From a plasmid, in the NCBI RefSeq assembly GCF_055900595.2, contig NZ_JBVWEU010000002.1: a stretch of DNA of 64,000 nt. One strand, given 5' to 3'. The translations under genes were made by a program, and so were the position numbers. Below, in pieces: positions 9,096 to 21,992 of this stretch. The stretch's first letter is position 1; the number at the start of each line of letters is the position of its first letter. Under the pieces are notes generated by a model. It did not search any database. It was not told where the DNA came from and saw nothing but the letters and a program-made list of their open reading frames with translations.

Positions 9096-10025
9096 TCACG
9101 CTCGATGCATCAAATCCTGATAAATCCCCGTCAGTATTCCTTGTAAGCTAAATTCTCTTTTTATCCACTGAGTGACTTGACCGCTTGCCGAATGCCTGGT
9201 TGCCAACAGCATTCGTGAATCCTGACGTGGGTTGTGGATCTGCCGTGTCACCAGCAATGACTTTTCCATCGCTTCACGCACCATATAGTCTGGCAGAAAA
9301 CCGATTCCCTCCCCCAAGATCTGGCACTGAAGCTTAGTATTAAAGTCGGGAACCAGAATCGACTCTTGCCCGTGTAACAGCCAGCCGACTTTTTTGTTTA
9401 TAGTGTTTGCAGTGTCTTCCACCATGATGTTCGGGTACAGACGTAACTGACTCTCAGAAATGGGCTCAGGAATAAACGCCAGCGGATGAGCCGGAGAAAT
9501 CGCGAACAACCAACGAATCATGCCGATTTCAATGTAATCAATTCCACCACCGTCCAGTAACGTATCGGGCGCGCCAATGGCGATATCAGCCTGGTTATTA
9601 ATGAGTGAATCCCAGACGCCATTATACACCTCTGTAGTAATAGCTATCTGGCAGGTTGGAAAGTGTTCCCTGAGCACTTGCAGAAGCCGAGCTGTATGCT
9701 GAGGGGTATACAACAGTTGATTAATACAAATGCGCACCCGGGATTTAATTCCCTGAGCGATGGCATCAACTCTACGTATGATGGAGTGGTAATCGTTGAG
9801 CAGGTCAGTTGCTTTGCAAAAAAGGTAGTGCCCGGGCTCGGTCAGCTCAATGCTACGGGTAGTTCGGGTAAAAAGCACCACGTCAAGCCCCATTTCCATA
9901 CGCTTGATAGTGTAACTAATTGCCGATGTGGTTAAGCCCAGTTCCTTCGCCGCCTTGCTGAAACTTCTATAGCGGGCAGCCATAGTAAATGCCAGTAAGT
10001 TTTCTTCCGTAAATATTGAATTCAT
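9096..10025 (-). CDS. LysR-family transcriptional regulator (YahB/AllS-like), divergent from the ankyrin-to-carbamate-kinase operon
   Basis: MNSIFTEENLLAFTMAARYRSFSKAAKELGLTTSAISYTIKRMEMGLDVVLFTR is the HTH, followed by a LysR effector domain. The start at 10025 has a GAGGAAAG SD. The longer ORF to 10154 is rejected. Confidence 0.85.
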   Translation of the reverse strand: MNSIFTEENLLAFTMAARYRSFSKAAKELGLTTSAISYTIKRMEMGLDVVLFTRTTRSIELTEPGHYLFCKATDLLNDYHSIIRRVDAIAQGIKSRVRICINQLLYTPQHTARLLQVLREHFPTCQIAITTEVYNGVWDSLINNQADIAIGAPDTLLDGGGIDYIEIGMIRWLFAISPAHPLAFIPEPISESQLRLYPNIMVEDTANTINKKVGWLLHGQESILVPDFNTKLQCQILGEGIGFLPDYMVREAMEKSLLVTRQIHNPRQDSRMLLATRHSASGQVTQWIKREFSLQGILTGIYQDLMHRA

Positions 10026-10412
10026 CTTTCTTTCCTCTGGCGACAATACACATACACAACATGATGATTGTTGAATGTATTTGTAATTCTTATAACCGAC
10101 AATCAGTTTTGAAAAAACTAACACCGTATTTACATTTAATTTGAAGGAAATCACACATCTGAATTTTAATTACAGGCAGCTATCCGTGCTGCAGACCACC
10201 TTTATTTATATGACTGCGGATTAATGGCTAAAATATCCCCAGCTATAATAGAAATATTGCACTATATCACACTCTCTTATTATTGTTAATTTTGTTTCAA
10301 TAATTCATGGTCTAATGATGAGTAAATTTTAAATGGATGGTGCTCTATGCATTCTGTTGCTATTCTTGGCTTGTTATATTTGTAAAATCTTAAAAAGAGC
10401 AGGAGATCGATT

Positions 10413-11018
10413 ATGTCCAATAAAGAACTCATTACAGAATTTCTGCTGGCGGCAGAACAAGGTAATTCCGATGGATTAAAATCATGCCTTGATAAAAAGG
10501 TTGATATTAATGCGACTAACCGCGAGGGGCGTACTGCAATTATTATTGCCAGTCTGAATAAACATTATGACTGCGTTTCTTTATTGATTTCCGCAGGTGC
10601 TGATATTAATAAACAAGATCAAACTTGTTTTAATCCCTTCCTGATTGGCTGCCTGAATAATGATTTAACACTGTTGCGTACGGTATTACCGGCTAACCCC
10701 GACCTTAATTGCCTAACCCGTTTTGGCGGTGTTGGTATTACACCTGCCTGCGAAAAAGGCCATGTCGAGATTGTACGTGAATTGCTGATGCGTACTGATA
10801 TCAATGTCAACCATACTAATTTTGTTGGCTGGACGCCGCTCCTAGAGGCCATCGTGCTGAATGACGGCGGTGAAAAGCAGCAGGAGATCGTCAAACTGTT
10901 GCTTGAGCATGGCGCAAACCCGCACATGACGGATAAATACGGTAAAACCCCGCTGGAGCTGGCGCGAGAAAAAGGCTACCACAAAATTGCCGAGTTGCTG
11001 ATTTCGGCTGGAGCCTGA
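10413..11018 (+). CDS. Ankyrin-repeat protein (YahD-like), 201 aa
   Basis: Repeated G.TALI.A...GH...V.LLI.AGADIN and TPL..A motifs; GGAG SD. The length matches E. coli K-12 YahD as I recall it. Confidence 0.85.
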   Translation: MSNKELITEFLLAAEQGNSDGLKSCLDKKVDINATNREGRTAIIIASLNKHYDCVSLLISAGADINKQDQTCFNPFLIGCLNNDLTLLRTVLPANPDLNCLTRFGGVGITPACEKGHVEIVRELLMRTDINVNHTNFVGWTPLLEAIVLNDGGEKQQEIVKLLLEHGANPHMTDKYGKTPLELAREKGYHKIAELLISAGA

Positions 11019-11103
11019 CAACAGGAGCACGATTATCGCTATATTATCACGGCAATCTTTTCGGGCACTAACCGCAGACTGCGCGTTTCTCACTTTTCGG
11101 GGA

Positions 11104-11952
11104 ATGGGCCAGGTTGAACAGGTTTTTTCCCATGCGGTAAATCTGTTAATACCTGAACAGCAGCGACTGCTGACGTTACTGAGTGAGGATTGTGATAACG
11201 CACCTAACAGTTGTCGTTTAGCACTGACACATTATGAAGACCTTTTTCACCCCGGTGAACAGGTCAATTTTAGCGGGTCTGGAATAACTGTTGGAAATGA
11301 TAAATGGATAGAAATAACCGGTTGTCAGATGTGGCGAATACCACGGTGGACATCTGATTCAGCAAGCCTTGCCAAAGTCGGCTGGCAGCATTGGGAAGAG
11401 TTTATCCGCCAACAACTAAGAAGCAACGACACATTATTTCTGTACCAGGGTGACAATCCATTTTATCAGGAAATTTCTCGCCAATTACTCAACCGCCGAA
11501 AAAATTTGCTGAAGGCGTTGTGTACAGGAGAAAACATCACTGCGGCAGTCAACCAGTTAATTGGTCTTGGAATAGGGCTGACGCCATCATCGGATGATTA
11601 TTTAGTAGGTTTAAGCACTATTTTATTTATTCAAGGACATCCACTAAGGAAGTATAGATACGATTTCTTAGCAGCATTACAACTTGCAGGAAATAACATA
11701 ACGCTTCTCAGCAAAATAACGTTAGAGGAAGCATTTAATCAGCGTTATCGGGAAAGAGTCGGACGGCTACTGAACCAATTTATTACTGAGCCACAACCCA
11801 TTTCTACGCAATATGTTACTGACATAAAAAATATAGGCTCAAGTTCTGGATGCGACATGCTGTATGGCATGGCGGATGCCTGCGCCCTGAGCCACAGGTC
11901 CGGAGGTAATTATGTCAATCAGGATAGTTGTAAAAAAAAACACGTATTTTGA
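11104..11952 (+). CDS. DUF2877-family protein (YahE/YlbF-like)
   Basis: 282 aa with LIGLGIGLTPSSDDYLVGL and GSSSGCDMLYG motifs typical of DUF2877. It overlaps the next gene by 41 nt. Confidence 0.75.
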   Translation: MGQVEQVFSHAVNLLIPEQQRLLTLLSEDCDNAPNSCRLALTHYEDLFHPGEQVNFSGSGITVGNDKWIEITGCQMWRIPRWTSDSASLAKVGWQHWEEFIRQQLRSNDTLFLYQGDNPFYQEISRQLLNRRKNLLKALCTGENITAAVNQLIGLGIGLTPSSDDYLVGLSTILFIQGHPLRKYRYDFLAALQLAGNNITLLSKITLEEAFNQRYRERVGRLLNQFITEPQPISTQYVTDIKNIGSSSGCDMLYGMADACALSHRSGGNYVNQDSCKKKHVF

Positions 11953-13459
11953 TTCTGTTTCACTGATGTCTATCTCCACGCGCGCAAATAAGCTTGATGG
12001 AGTTGAGCAGGCATTTGTTGCTATGGCGACAGAGATGAATAAGGGGGTGCTGAAGAATCTCGGTCTGCTGACCCCTGAGCTGGAAGAGGCGAAAAGTGGC
12101 GATCTGATGATTGTCATTAAAGGTACCAGCGAGGAGGCGAACGAGCGGACGCTAATAGCGATTGATGAGCTGTTTGCGCATAAAGAACAGGGAGGCCAGC
12201 ACGAAGCACGCTATGCCACGATTGCCAGTGCGAAGAAGCATGCTCCAGAGAGTAATCTGGCGGTGATCTCTGTCAATGGCCTGTTTGCTGCTCGTGAAGC
12301 TCGTCAGGCACTACAAAATAACCTCAATGTTATGCTGTTTTCTGACAACGTCTCTCTTGAGGACGAGCTGGAACTCAAGCATCTGGCACATGAAAAAGGG
12401 TTGTTGATGATGGGGCCTGATTGTGGAACCGCCATCATTAACGGCGCAGCGTTGTGTTTTGGCAATGCAGTGCGTCGCGGCAACATCGGAATCATTGGTG
12501 CCTCCGGTACGGGTAGCCAGGAGCTGAGCGTACGCATTCACGAATTTGGCGGCGGGATTTCCCAGCTGATTGGGACAGGTGGACGCGATATGAGTGAAAA
12601 AATTGGCGGCCTGATGATGCTTGACGCGATTAGCATGCTGGAGGCCGATCCACAAACTGAGATCATTACGCTTATATCCAAACCTCCTGCACCAGCGGTA
12701 GCCCGTAAGGTGCTGGAACGTGCGCGCACCTGTCACAAGCCTGTGGTGGTGTGTTTCCTCGGACGTGAGTCCACCCCTGCGGATGAAGAAGGCCTACAGT
12801 TTGCCCGCGGTACTAAAGAGGCTGCCTTGAAAGCGGTACTGTTGACTGGTGTGAAAAAAGAGAGTCTGGATTTGCATCCGCTCAACTGGCAGCTGATTGA
12901 AGAGGTTCGCTCCCGTCTGACTCCACAACAAAAGTATATCCGTGGCCTGTTCTGTGGTGGCACGTTATGCGATGAAGCGATGTTTACTGCCATGGAAAAA
13001 CTCTCGGATGTGTATAGCAATATTCACCCGAATCCGGCGTTCCGCCTTACAGATCTCAACCGTAGCGTGGCGCATACCTTCCTCGATTTCGGCGATGATT
13101 ATTTTACCAACGGCAAACCACATCCGATGATCGATCCCACCAATCGCATTACCCGGCTCTTGCAGGAAGCACAGGATCCTGAAGTTGGCGTGATCGTGAT
13201 GGACTTCATTCTTGGATTTGGATCACATGAAGATCCGGTTGGAGTGATGCTGGATACAATTGTTGAAGCCAAAGAAATTGCTGCCGCAGACGGTCGCCCG
13301 CTTGAGATCCTCGGCTATGTGCTGGGAACCGACCTTGATACACCGTCGCTGAAAAAACAGTGTCAGATGTTGACCGATGCCGGGGTTATTTGGGCAAGCA
13401 GTAGCACCAACACCGGATTACTGGCACGTGAATTTATATTTAAAGGGGAGGAAGGCTGA
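11912..13459 (+). CDS. FdrA/YahF-like protein (succinyl-CoA-ligase-alpha / NDP-forming acyl-CoA-synthetase fold), 515 aa
   Basis: The N-terminus MSIRIVVKKNTYFDSVSLMSISTRANKLDGVEQAFVAMATEMNKGVLKNLGLLTPELE is near-identical to my recollection of K-12 YahF. CoA-ligase glycine loops IIGASGTGSQE and GTGGRD are present. Confidence 0.85.
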   Translation: MSIRIVVKKNTYFDSVSLMSISTRANKLDGVEQAFVAMATEMNKGVLKNLGLLTPELEEAKSGDLMIVIKGTSEEANERTLIAIDELFAHKEQGGQHEARYATIASAKKHAPESNLAVISVNGLFAAREARQALQNNLNVMLFSDNVSLEDELELKHLAHEKGLLMMGPDCGTAIINGAALCFGNAVRRGNIGIIGASGTGSQELSVRIHEFGGGISQLIGTGGRDMSEKIGGLMMLDAISMLEADPQTEIITLISKPPAPAVARKVLERARTCHKPVVVCFLGRESTPADEEGLQFARGTKEAALKAVLLTGVKKESLDLHPLNWQLIEEVRSRLTPQQKYIRGLFCGGTLCDEAMFTAMEKLSDVYSNIHPNPAFRLTDLNRSVAHTFLDFGDDYFTNGKPHPMIDPTNRITRLLQEAQDPEVGVIVMDFILGFGSHEDPVGVMLDTIVEAKEIAAADGRPLEILGYVLGTDLDTPSLKKQCQMLTDAGVIWASSSTNTGLLAREFIFKGEEG

Positions 13460-14877
13460 TGAGCCAGACACTGTTTAATCAGCCGCTGAACGTTATTAAT
13501 GTCGGTATCGAAATGTTCAGCGATGACATGAAAAAGCAGAATGTACCGGTAACCCAACTTGACTGGACACCGCCAGGCCAAGGAAACATACAAGTGGTAA
13601 CGGCACTGGACGACATTGCCGCTTCACCACTGGCAGACAAAATTGCAGCTGCTAATCAGCTGGCGCTGGAACGCATTATCCAGTCGCATCCTGTGCTAAT
13701 TGGCTATGATCAGGCGATCAACGTCGTGCCGGGTATGACCCGTAACACTATCCTTCACGCCGGGCCGCCAATCCACTGGGAAAAAATGTGCGGCGCAATG
13801 AAGGGCGCAGTAACCGGGGCTCTGGTATTTGAAGGACTGGCGAAAGATCTGGATGATGCCGCCGAACTAGCTGCTTCAGGTGAAATCATCTTCTCTCCGT
13901 GCCACGAACATGACTGTGTCGGCTCAATGGCGGGTGTCACGTCTGCATCGATGTTTATGCACATCGTCGAGAACAAAACCTATGGAAACCGCGCATATAC
14001 CAATATGAGCGAGCAGATGGCAAAGATCCTGCGTATGGGCGCTAACGACCAGAGCGTTATAGAGCGTCTTAACTGGATGCGAGATGTACTGGGACCTATG
14101 TTGCGCGATGCTATGAAGCTGGCGGGCGAAATCGATCTGCACTTGATGTTAGCGCAGGCGCTGCATATGGGCGATGAGTGCCATAACCGCAACAACGCCG
14201 GGACGGCGCTGCTGATTCAGACGCTGACGCCGTGGATTATTCAGACTGGCTACCCTGTTGAGCAGCAGCGTGAGGTGTTCGAGTTTGTCCTCAGTAGTGA
14301 TTACTTCTCAGGACCAACATGGATGGCAATGTGTAAAGCCGCAATGGACGCTGCGCACGGCATTGAATACAGCACCGTGGTGACAACGATGGCACGCAAT
14401 GGTGTTGAGTTCGGTCTTCGTATTAGCGGTTTGCCGGGCCAGTGGTTTACCGGTCCGGCGCAGCAGGTGATTGGGCCGATGTTTGCGGGCTATAAGCTAG
14501 AGGATTCCGGACGTGATATCGGTGATAGTGCAATTACCGAAACCTACGGCGTTGGCGGTTTCGCTATGGCGACGGCACCAGCTATTGTGTCACTGGTGGG
14601 CGGAACAGTTGAGGAAGCTATTGATTTCTCACGTAAAATGAGAGAAATCACTCTCGGAGAAAACCCCAACGTCACCATTCCCCTGCTTGGTTTTATGGGC
14701 GTACCGACCGCTATCGATATTACACGTGTAGGCAGTACAGGCATTCTGCCGGTAATTAACACAGCCATTGCGCACAAAGACGCAGGGATCGGCATGATCG
14801 GCGCAGGAATTGTTCACCCGCCGTTCACTTGTTTTGAAAAGGCGATCCTCAACTGGCGTGACCACTACTGCCAATAA
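13459..14877 (+). CDS. DUF1116-family protein (YahG/YlbE-like), 472 aa
   Basis: Its start overlaps the previous stop (TGATG). Size and position after the FdrA-like gene match yahG/ylbE. Confidence 0.8.
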   Translation: MSQTLFNQPLNVINVGIEMFSDDMKKQNVPVTQLDWTPPGQGNIQVVTALDDIAASPLADKIAAANQLALERIIQSHPVLIGYDQAINVVPGMTRNTILHAGPPIHWEKMCGAMKGAVTGALVFEGLAKDLDDAAELAASGEIIFSPCHEHDCVGSMAGVTSASMFMHIVENKTYGNRAYTNMSEQMAKILRMGANDQSVIERLNWMRDVLGPMLRDAMKLAGEIDLHLMLAQALHMGDECHNRNNAGTALLIQTLTPWIIQTGYPVEQQREVFEFVLSSDYFSGPTWMAMCKAAMDAAHGIEYSTVVTTMARNGVEFGLRISGLPGQWFTGPAQQVIGPMFAGYKLEDSGRDIGDSAITETYGVGGFAMATAPAIVSLVGGTVEEAIDFSRKMREITLGENPNVTIPLLGFMGVPTAIDITRVGSTGILPVINTAIAHKDAGIGMIGAGIVHPPFTCFEKAILNWRDHYCQ

Positions 14878-14989
14878 CAATAACCGGGGCTAACGCAGTT
14901 AGCCCCACAGTAGCGGAAAACGTTGTTTACCTTCAGGGCTGGGCGATCTCCATGATCGCAAACGATGCTTAACCTGTTAAGGAGATTCC

Positions 14990-16540
14990 ATGAACAGCAT
15001 AAAACTAGAATGGAAACGTGGTGACTGGGCGGCTTACTTTGGACTGATGACCAACAATCTGACTAACCTGCTGACAATGATGGGTCTGCTAATTTTTGTC
15101 GTCGGAATCCCTACTGAAATTGTCTATGGACGCATTGCGCCTGCCTTTGGTCTTGCAGTGCTGGCGGCCAGTGTCTGCTACTCCTGGTTTGGTCTACAGA
15201 TGGTGAAGAAAACCGGTCGTAGCGATGTAACGGCGCTGCCGTCTGGACCGAGCGCACCCTCAATCTTTACCGTGACATTCCTGGTGCTGATGCCGGTTTA
15301 TCAGCAAACCAAAGATGCCAACTTTGCTATTCAGATAGGATTGGTGTGGTGCTTTGTCGAAGCGTTGATCCTGGTCGGTGGCTCCTTCCTGGGTGAGACT
15401 ATCCGCAAGATGATCCCGCGTACAGTGCTGCTTTCTTGTCTGTCCGGACTGGGGTTATTACTGCTGGCAATGAACCCGATGCTGCAAGCGTTCGAAGCGC
15501 CGACAGTTTCTTTCATCGTCCTGTTATTGATCTTCATTAACTGGTTCGGTAAGAAGCCGATTTTTCCCCATATTCCTACCGGTTTGCTGTTGCTGATTGC
15601 TGGTACGTCCCTAGCGTGGATATCCGGTTTACAAAGCCCGGAAGACATTAAAGCGTCGATGTCTTCCTTCGGCTTCAACCCGCCGGAAATTCATGTAAGG
15701 AGCTTCCTGCAAGGTTTGCCGCACGCTCTGCCATATCTGGCTTCTGCAGTTCCTTTGGGCCTGGCTAACTACATTTTTGACCTCGAGAACATTGAAAGTG
15801 CGCACGCGGCTGGTGATGAATACAACACCCGTAAGGTCATGATGGCGAACGGCTTTGCCTCCATGCTCGGTTGCATGCTGGGTAATCCGTTCCCGGTAAC
15901 CGTATATGTTGGGCATGCAGGCTGGAAAGCTATGGGCGCTAGTATCTGCTATACCCTCGCATCAGGCATCACTATGTTCCTGGTGCCATTGTTTGGGTTG
16001 GGCGCGTTTATGCTCGCCATTATTCCCATGACTGCTATAGTGCCAATTCTGGTTTTTATCGGTGTGGTAACCGCCAATCAGGTGGTGCGAGAAACTCCTA
16101 AAGTCGAGGTTCCCGTCATTTTCATCTGTCTGTTCCCATGGGTCGCCAACTGGGCATTGACCATCGTTAACAGCGTGATGGGCGCAGCCGGAACATCCGC
16201 TGAGAAACTTGGTAGCGACCTGTTGCACAGCAAAGGCGTCTATTACGATGGACTGATGCATCTGGGAAGCGGTGCACCGCTGGCCAGCATGCTGTGGGGA
16301 TGCATTGCTATCTTTGCCATTATGAATAAGCCGCTGCGCGGGGCGATAGCTGCATCCTTTGGAGCACTGTTATCGCTGTTTGGCGTGATTCACTCCCCAG
16401 CGGTTGGCTTTGCGGAAGGCAGCTCGATTGTGTTTGTTGTGGCCTACCTGATGATGCTTGCTATGTTTGCCCTCAAGCATGTTATTGATAGCCGTGAAAC
16501 AGTGGCTGCGTCTGAGCAGGAAGAGACTAAAACGACCTGA
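14990..16540 (+). CDS. Polytopic permease, NCS2/AzgA-like (xanthine/uracil permease superfamily), 516 aa
   Basis: More than 12 hydrophobic segments, AGGAG SD, embedded between the DUF1116 and carbamate kinase genes. The family call rests on overall pattern only. Confidence 0.65.
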   Translation: MNSIKLEWKRGDWAAYFGLMTNNLTNLLTMMGLLIFVVGIPTEIVYGRIAPAFGLAVLAASVCYSWFGLQMVKKTGRSDVTALPSGPSAPSIFTVTFLVLMPVYQQTKDANFAIQIGLVWCFVEALILVGGSFLGETIRKMIPRTVLLSCLSGLGLLLLAMNPMLQAFEAPTVSFIVLLLIFINWFGKKPIFPHIPTGLLLLIAGTSLAWISGLQSPEDIKASMSSFGFNPPEIHVRSFLQGLPHALPYLASAVPLGLANYIFDLENIESAHAAGDEYNTRKVMMANGFASMLGCMLGNPFPVTVYVGHAGWKAMGASICYTLASGITMFLVPLFGLGAFMLAIIPMTAIVPILVFIGVVTANQVVRETPKVEVPVIFICLFPWVANWALTIVNSVMGAAGTSAEKLGSDLLHSKGVYYDGLMHLGSGAPLASMLWGCIAIFAIMNKPLRGAIAASFGALLSLFGVIHSPAVGFAEGSSIVFVVAYLMMLAMFALKHVIDSRETVAASEQEETKTT

Positions 16541-16566
16541 ATAGCCTGCAAACGGAAGATAATTCT

Positions 16567-17529
16567 ATGAAAGAACTTGTGGTCGTTGCCATTGGTGGCA
16601 ACAGCATTATCAAAGATAACGCCAGCCAGTCGATTGAGCATCAGGCGGAGGCGGTGAAGGCCGTCGCCGATACGGTTCTGGAAATGCTGGCTTCCGATTA
16701 CGACATTGTGCTGACCCACGGCAACGGGCCGCAGGTCGGTCTGGATTTACGCCGCGCGGAGATAGCCCACGAGCGCGAAGGGCTACCCTTAACGCCGCTG
16801 GCGAACTGTGTGGCGGATACGCAAGGCGGCATTGGCTATCTGATCCAGCAGGCGCTGAACAACCGGCTGGCGCCTCACGGCGAGAAAAAAGCCGTCACCG
16901 TGGTGACTCAGGTGGAAGTGGATAAAAACGATCCGGGGTTTGTCCATCCCACCAAGCCCATCGGTGCATTCTTTAGTGAAAACCAGCGTGATGAACTACA
17001 AAAGGCAAACCCTGACTGGCGTTTTGTTGAAGATGCCGGACGGGGCTATCGCCGCGTGGTCGCCTCGCCGGAACCGAAACGTATTGTCGAAGCACCTGCC
17101 ATTAAGACTCTGATCCAGCAAGGCTTTGTGGTGATTGGCGCGGGCGGCGGTGGCATTCCGGTGGTGCGTACTGACGCAGGGGATTACCAAAGCGTGGACG
17201 CGGTTATCGACAAAGATCTCTCTAGCGCGCTACTGGCTCGCGAAATTCACGCCGACATTCTGGTGATCACCACCGGCGTGGAAAAAGTGAGTATTCATTT
17301 TGGGAAACCCAACCAGCATGCACTGGATACAGTGGATGTCCTAACGATGGCCCGTTACATGCAGGAGGGTCACTTCCCGCCTGGGAGTATGTTACCGAAG
17401 ATTCTTGCCAGTCTGGAGTTCCTGGAACGTGGAGGTAAAAGAGTGATTATCACCACGCCTGAATGCCTGTCCGCGGCACTGCGTGGCGAAACAGGCACCC
17501 ATATTATCCACTCCCAAGAGGAGACGTAA
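16567..17529 (+). CDS. Carbamate kinase (YahI/YqeA/ArcC-like), 320 aa
   Basis: VVAIGGNS, THGNGPQVG, GYRRVVASPEP, GGGGIPV and DKDLSSALLA motifs are characteristic of carbamate kinases. Confidence 0.9.
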   Translation: MKELVVVAIGGNSIIKDNASQSIEHQAEAVKAVADTVLEMLASDYDIVLTHGNGPQVGLDLRRAEIAHEREGLPLTPLANCVADTQGGIGYLIQQALNNRLAPHGEKKAVTVVTQVEVDKNDPGFVHPTKPIGAFFSENQRDELQKANPDWRFVEDAGRGYRRVVASPEPKRIVEAPAIKTLIQQGFVVIGAGGGGIPVVRTDAGDYQSVDAVIDKDLSSALLAREIHADILVITTGVEKVSIHFGKPNQHALDTVDVLTMARYMQEGHFPPGSMLPKILASLEFLERGGKRVIITTPECLSAALRGETGTHIIHSQEET

Positions 17530-17699
17530 ATTAAGGAAAGCGACCGCCGCCGTGAATTTTTAATGTTCATTGCAGATTATCGTGGGCTGGAAATGATAAC
17601 GGTTGGGGAGTTATTGTTTAGTTGCTAAAACAGAACGATAACCAACCCCAACCGTTCTCAATTTCGAATACTATCTTTTCCATTTATCTCTGGATAGGC

Positions 17700-18315
17700 T
17701 TTGACGTCGTCCCTACTGAGTAAAATCCCCCTCATCATCCACCTAAAACCGATTGAAAACGGTCATTACTCTTGTGGCAAACAGGCTAAAGCCGTTCACG
17801 ATGCTTCACTTCGCACCTTATCGTAATGAACAATACTGGTATTTCCAGTTCAGTTACGCCTACCCGTCTACCGCATTCTTTGCCCTAACTACGGCATAGT
17901 TCGGGATTATATCAGCTGGCTAAAGCCTTATGCTCATCAGACCACATGACTCATTGAGCATGTTGAGGCGTTACTCAAAATCTTGCCGATTAAACATATT
18001 TCGTAATTTCTTACCCTGCACTAGCATATCATCAATACTATCGACAAACGTCAGTTGCAAATAGAGGTCACAGGGTCTGATTGATGTACTGCCAAGGCCG
18101 GGTCATGAAAGAGTTTGCCCTGTTCAAAGCTCATCGTTACGCACCGTCGTAGCCGATGCGGATACTCATCAATCCTCTGGATAGGTGAGGTGCGTAGTAG
18201 AGAAGCTCGGTCGTTTTTCGTTAATCTGAATCAGTACTGTCAACATATTCAAGTCGTTAATATGGATATGAATACCTCCTTTGACCTAGAGGTACAGATG
18301 CACTACCCCCCAAGC
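17700..18315 (+). pseudogene. ISL3-family transposase remnant A (multiple stops), cut off by an IS100 end
   Basis: Decayed frames show ..CPNYGIV..WLKPYAHQTT.., ..KEFALFKAHRYA.. and LWIGEVRSREA..FF..L....I..VNMDMNTSFDLEVQ.H.P, the ISL3 order of motifs. Confidence 0.5.
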
Positions 18316-18337
18316 TGTCAACGACGGATGAAAAGTG
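18316..18337 (+). repeat. Orphan IS100 terminal inverted repeat (22 bp)
   Basis: TGTCAACGACGGATGAAAAGTG is identical to the first 22 nt of the complete IS100 copy at 20039. Confidence 0.7.
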
Positions 18338-19630
18338 GCTCTTCCGCAACCTGGATGGAGATTTTCATGCCAGTGGACTCATGACCCTCTGCCTGAGTAG
18401 TTCAAATCCGGCTCGACCATACATCTGGCCTTTCAGCATTTTTAGCCAATTTACATGACTTTCGACACCCCCCATTATTCCAGCGACTGCTGATTGCCTC
18501 ACATATAGCCGCAGCATCAGCTGCCATCCTTGCAGCCACGCGCCGAAGTTACCACTTTCTCGTTGCTCTTTTAACCACTCCCTCCATGGGTCCAGAAGTC
18601 CTCACTCTGGAGGCCGGGTTGACATTTCAGGGAATGTTCCTGAACACACCCAGAGACTGTCTGTCACACGTGATAAGCCTGTAATACGGGATAAGCCTGT
18701 AATACGGGATATTTCCCCTGAACCCACATCCCTTGTTATGTAGTGCCATAACCTCTGTCCAACGCTGATGCCGTTTTTGGCGGGTTTGCTGTTTAAGGCG
18801 TTCCGGACGACGGAGCGATGCTACAGGCACAGACAGTACTGGCTTAGGTGATTTCTTTGGTGACAACCCACTGGCAACAAGACGTATCAGAGGCATCTGT
18901 CTGTACATCATTCGTTCAGGCGCATCGCCAATATTTTTTAGCCGGTGCCATCGAGCTGCTATCTGTCTGGCCTGAGGTGCACCTTCACGTGATGCTGTCG
19001 CATAGACTCCGCCACGGTCACATGAGACAACCTGTATTTCCGGATATTTTCTGAACCAGGTCGCCAGCGTACTCTGCTCGCAACCGGGAAGCAGGACGAG
19101 GGGACGGTGAGTATAAAGATTGACGATTAACGTACCGTAATGGTAGCCCCGATGCCACGCCCACTCATCAATACCGACATGAGGCGCGCCTGACTGTTTC
19201 GTCTCCGGGGTATTAATAACCCTGCGAAGAAGAGTATCAGCACTGCAACGGAGCCCCACTGCCGTTGCTGCCTGTTTCCCGGCCTCACCTCCGGCTATTA
19301 ATCCCAGTTGATGTTGTAAATTTTGTAACACCTGTGAAGAATGCTGGGAGTGAACCGGCGAAGGGGGCAAGCGACCCGGCAAAAATTTTACGTGAACAAG
19401 CCGGGTTACGGCAGTACCAGTGGCGGACGGAAAATACAAGCCATAGCGTCTGCCCTGAGCAGGGTAGATGCTGTATCCGGCGCCGACGATAACTATGAAC
19501 AGAGTCGCTACGCTTAAAGCATTCAGGACTTGTGCTGTTTTGCGTTTTCCGTGGAGATGGAGGGTTATACCGTCAGAGCTAATAATTTGTCGACTGCATC
19601 TCCATCCGCAAGGTAACTGTAGAAGTGTCT
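18338..19630 (-). mobile_element. ISL3-family element B (~1.29 kb) with a frameshifted transposase; it abuts the IS1 IRL
   Basis: Ends GGCTCTTCCGCAACCTGGATGGAGAT (18337-) and AGACACTTCT...GCGGATGGAGAT (complement, from 19630). The minus-strand frames carry CPECF..SVHSYRRR..HLP, GIDEWAW..HYGTLIVNL, CDRGG, ARWHRLKN and a C-terminal NWLKMLKGQMYGRAGFELLRQRV. Confidence 0.6.
18673..18708. repeat. Perfect tandem duplication of an 18-bp unit (ATAAGCCTGTAATACGGG x2) inside the ISL3-B transposase pseudogene
   Basis: Read directly from the sequence. It encodes the duplicated IPYYRL. Confidence 0.9.
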
Positions 19631-19685
19631 GGTGATGCTGCCAACTTACTGATTTAGTGTATGATGGTGTTTTTGAGGTGCTCCA

Positions 19686-21992
<2,307 letters not shown>

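Noticed and set aside
9096-10154. N-terminal extensions of tracked ORFs: LysR to 10154, TraW to 53822, TraT to 38159, FinO to 28872, nuclease to 27730, FinO-domain protein to 7004
   Set aside because: Downstream starts reproduce the known protein N-termini or have proper Shine-Dalgarno sequences. The extensions are non-conserved-looking and overlap upstream genes or signals.
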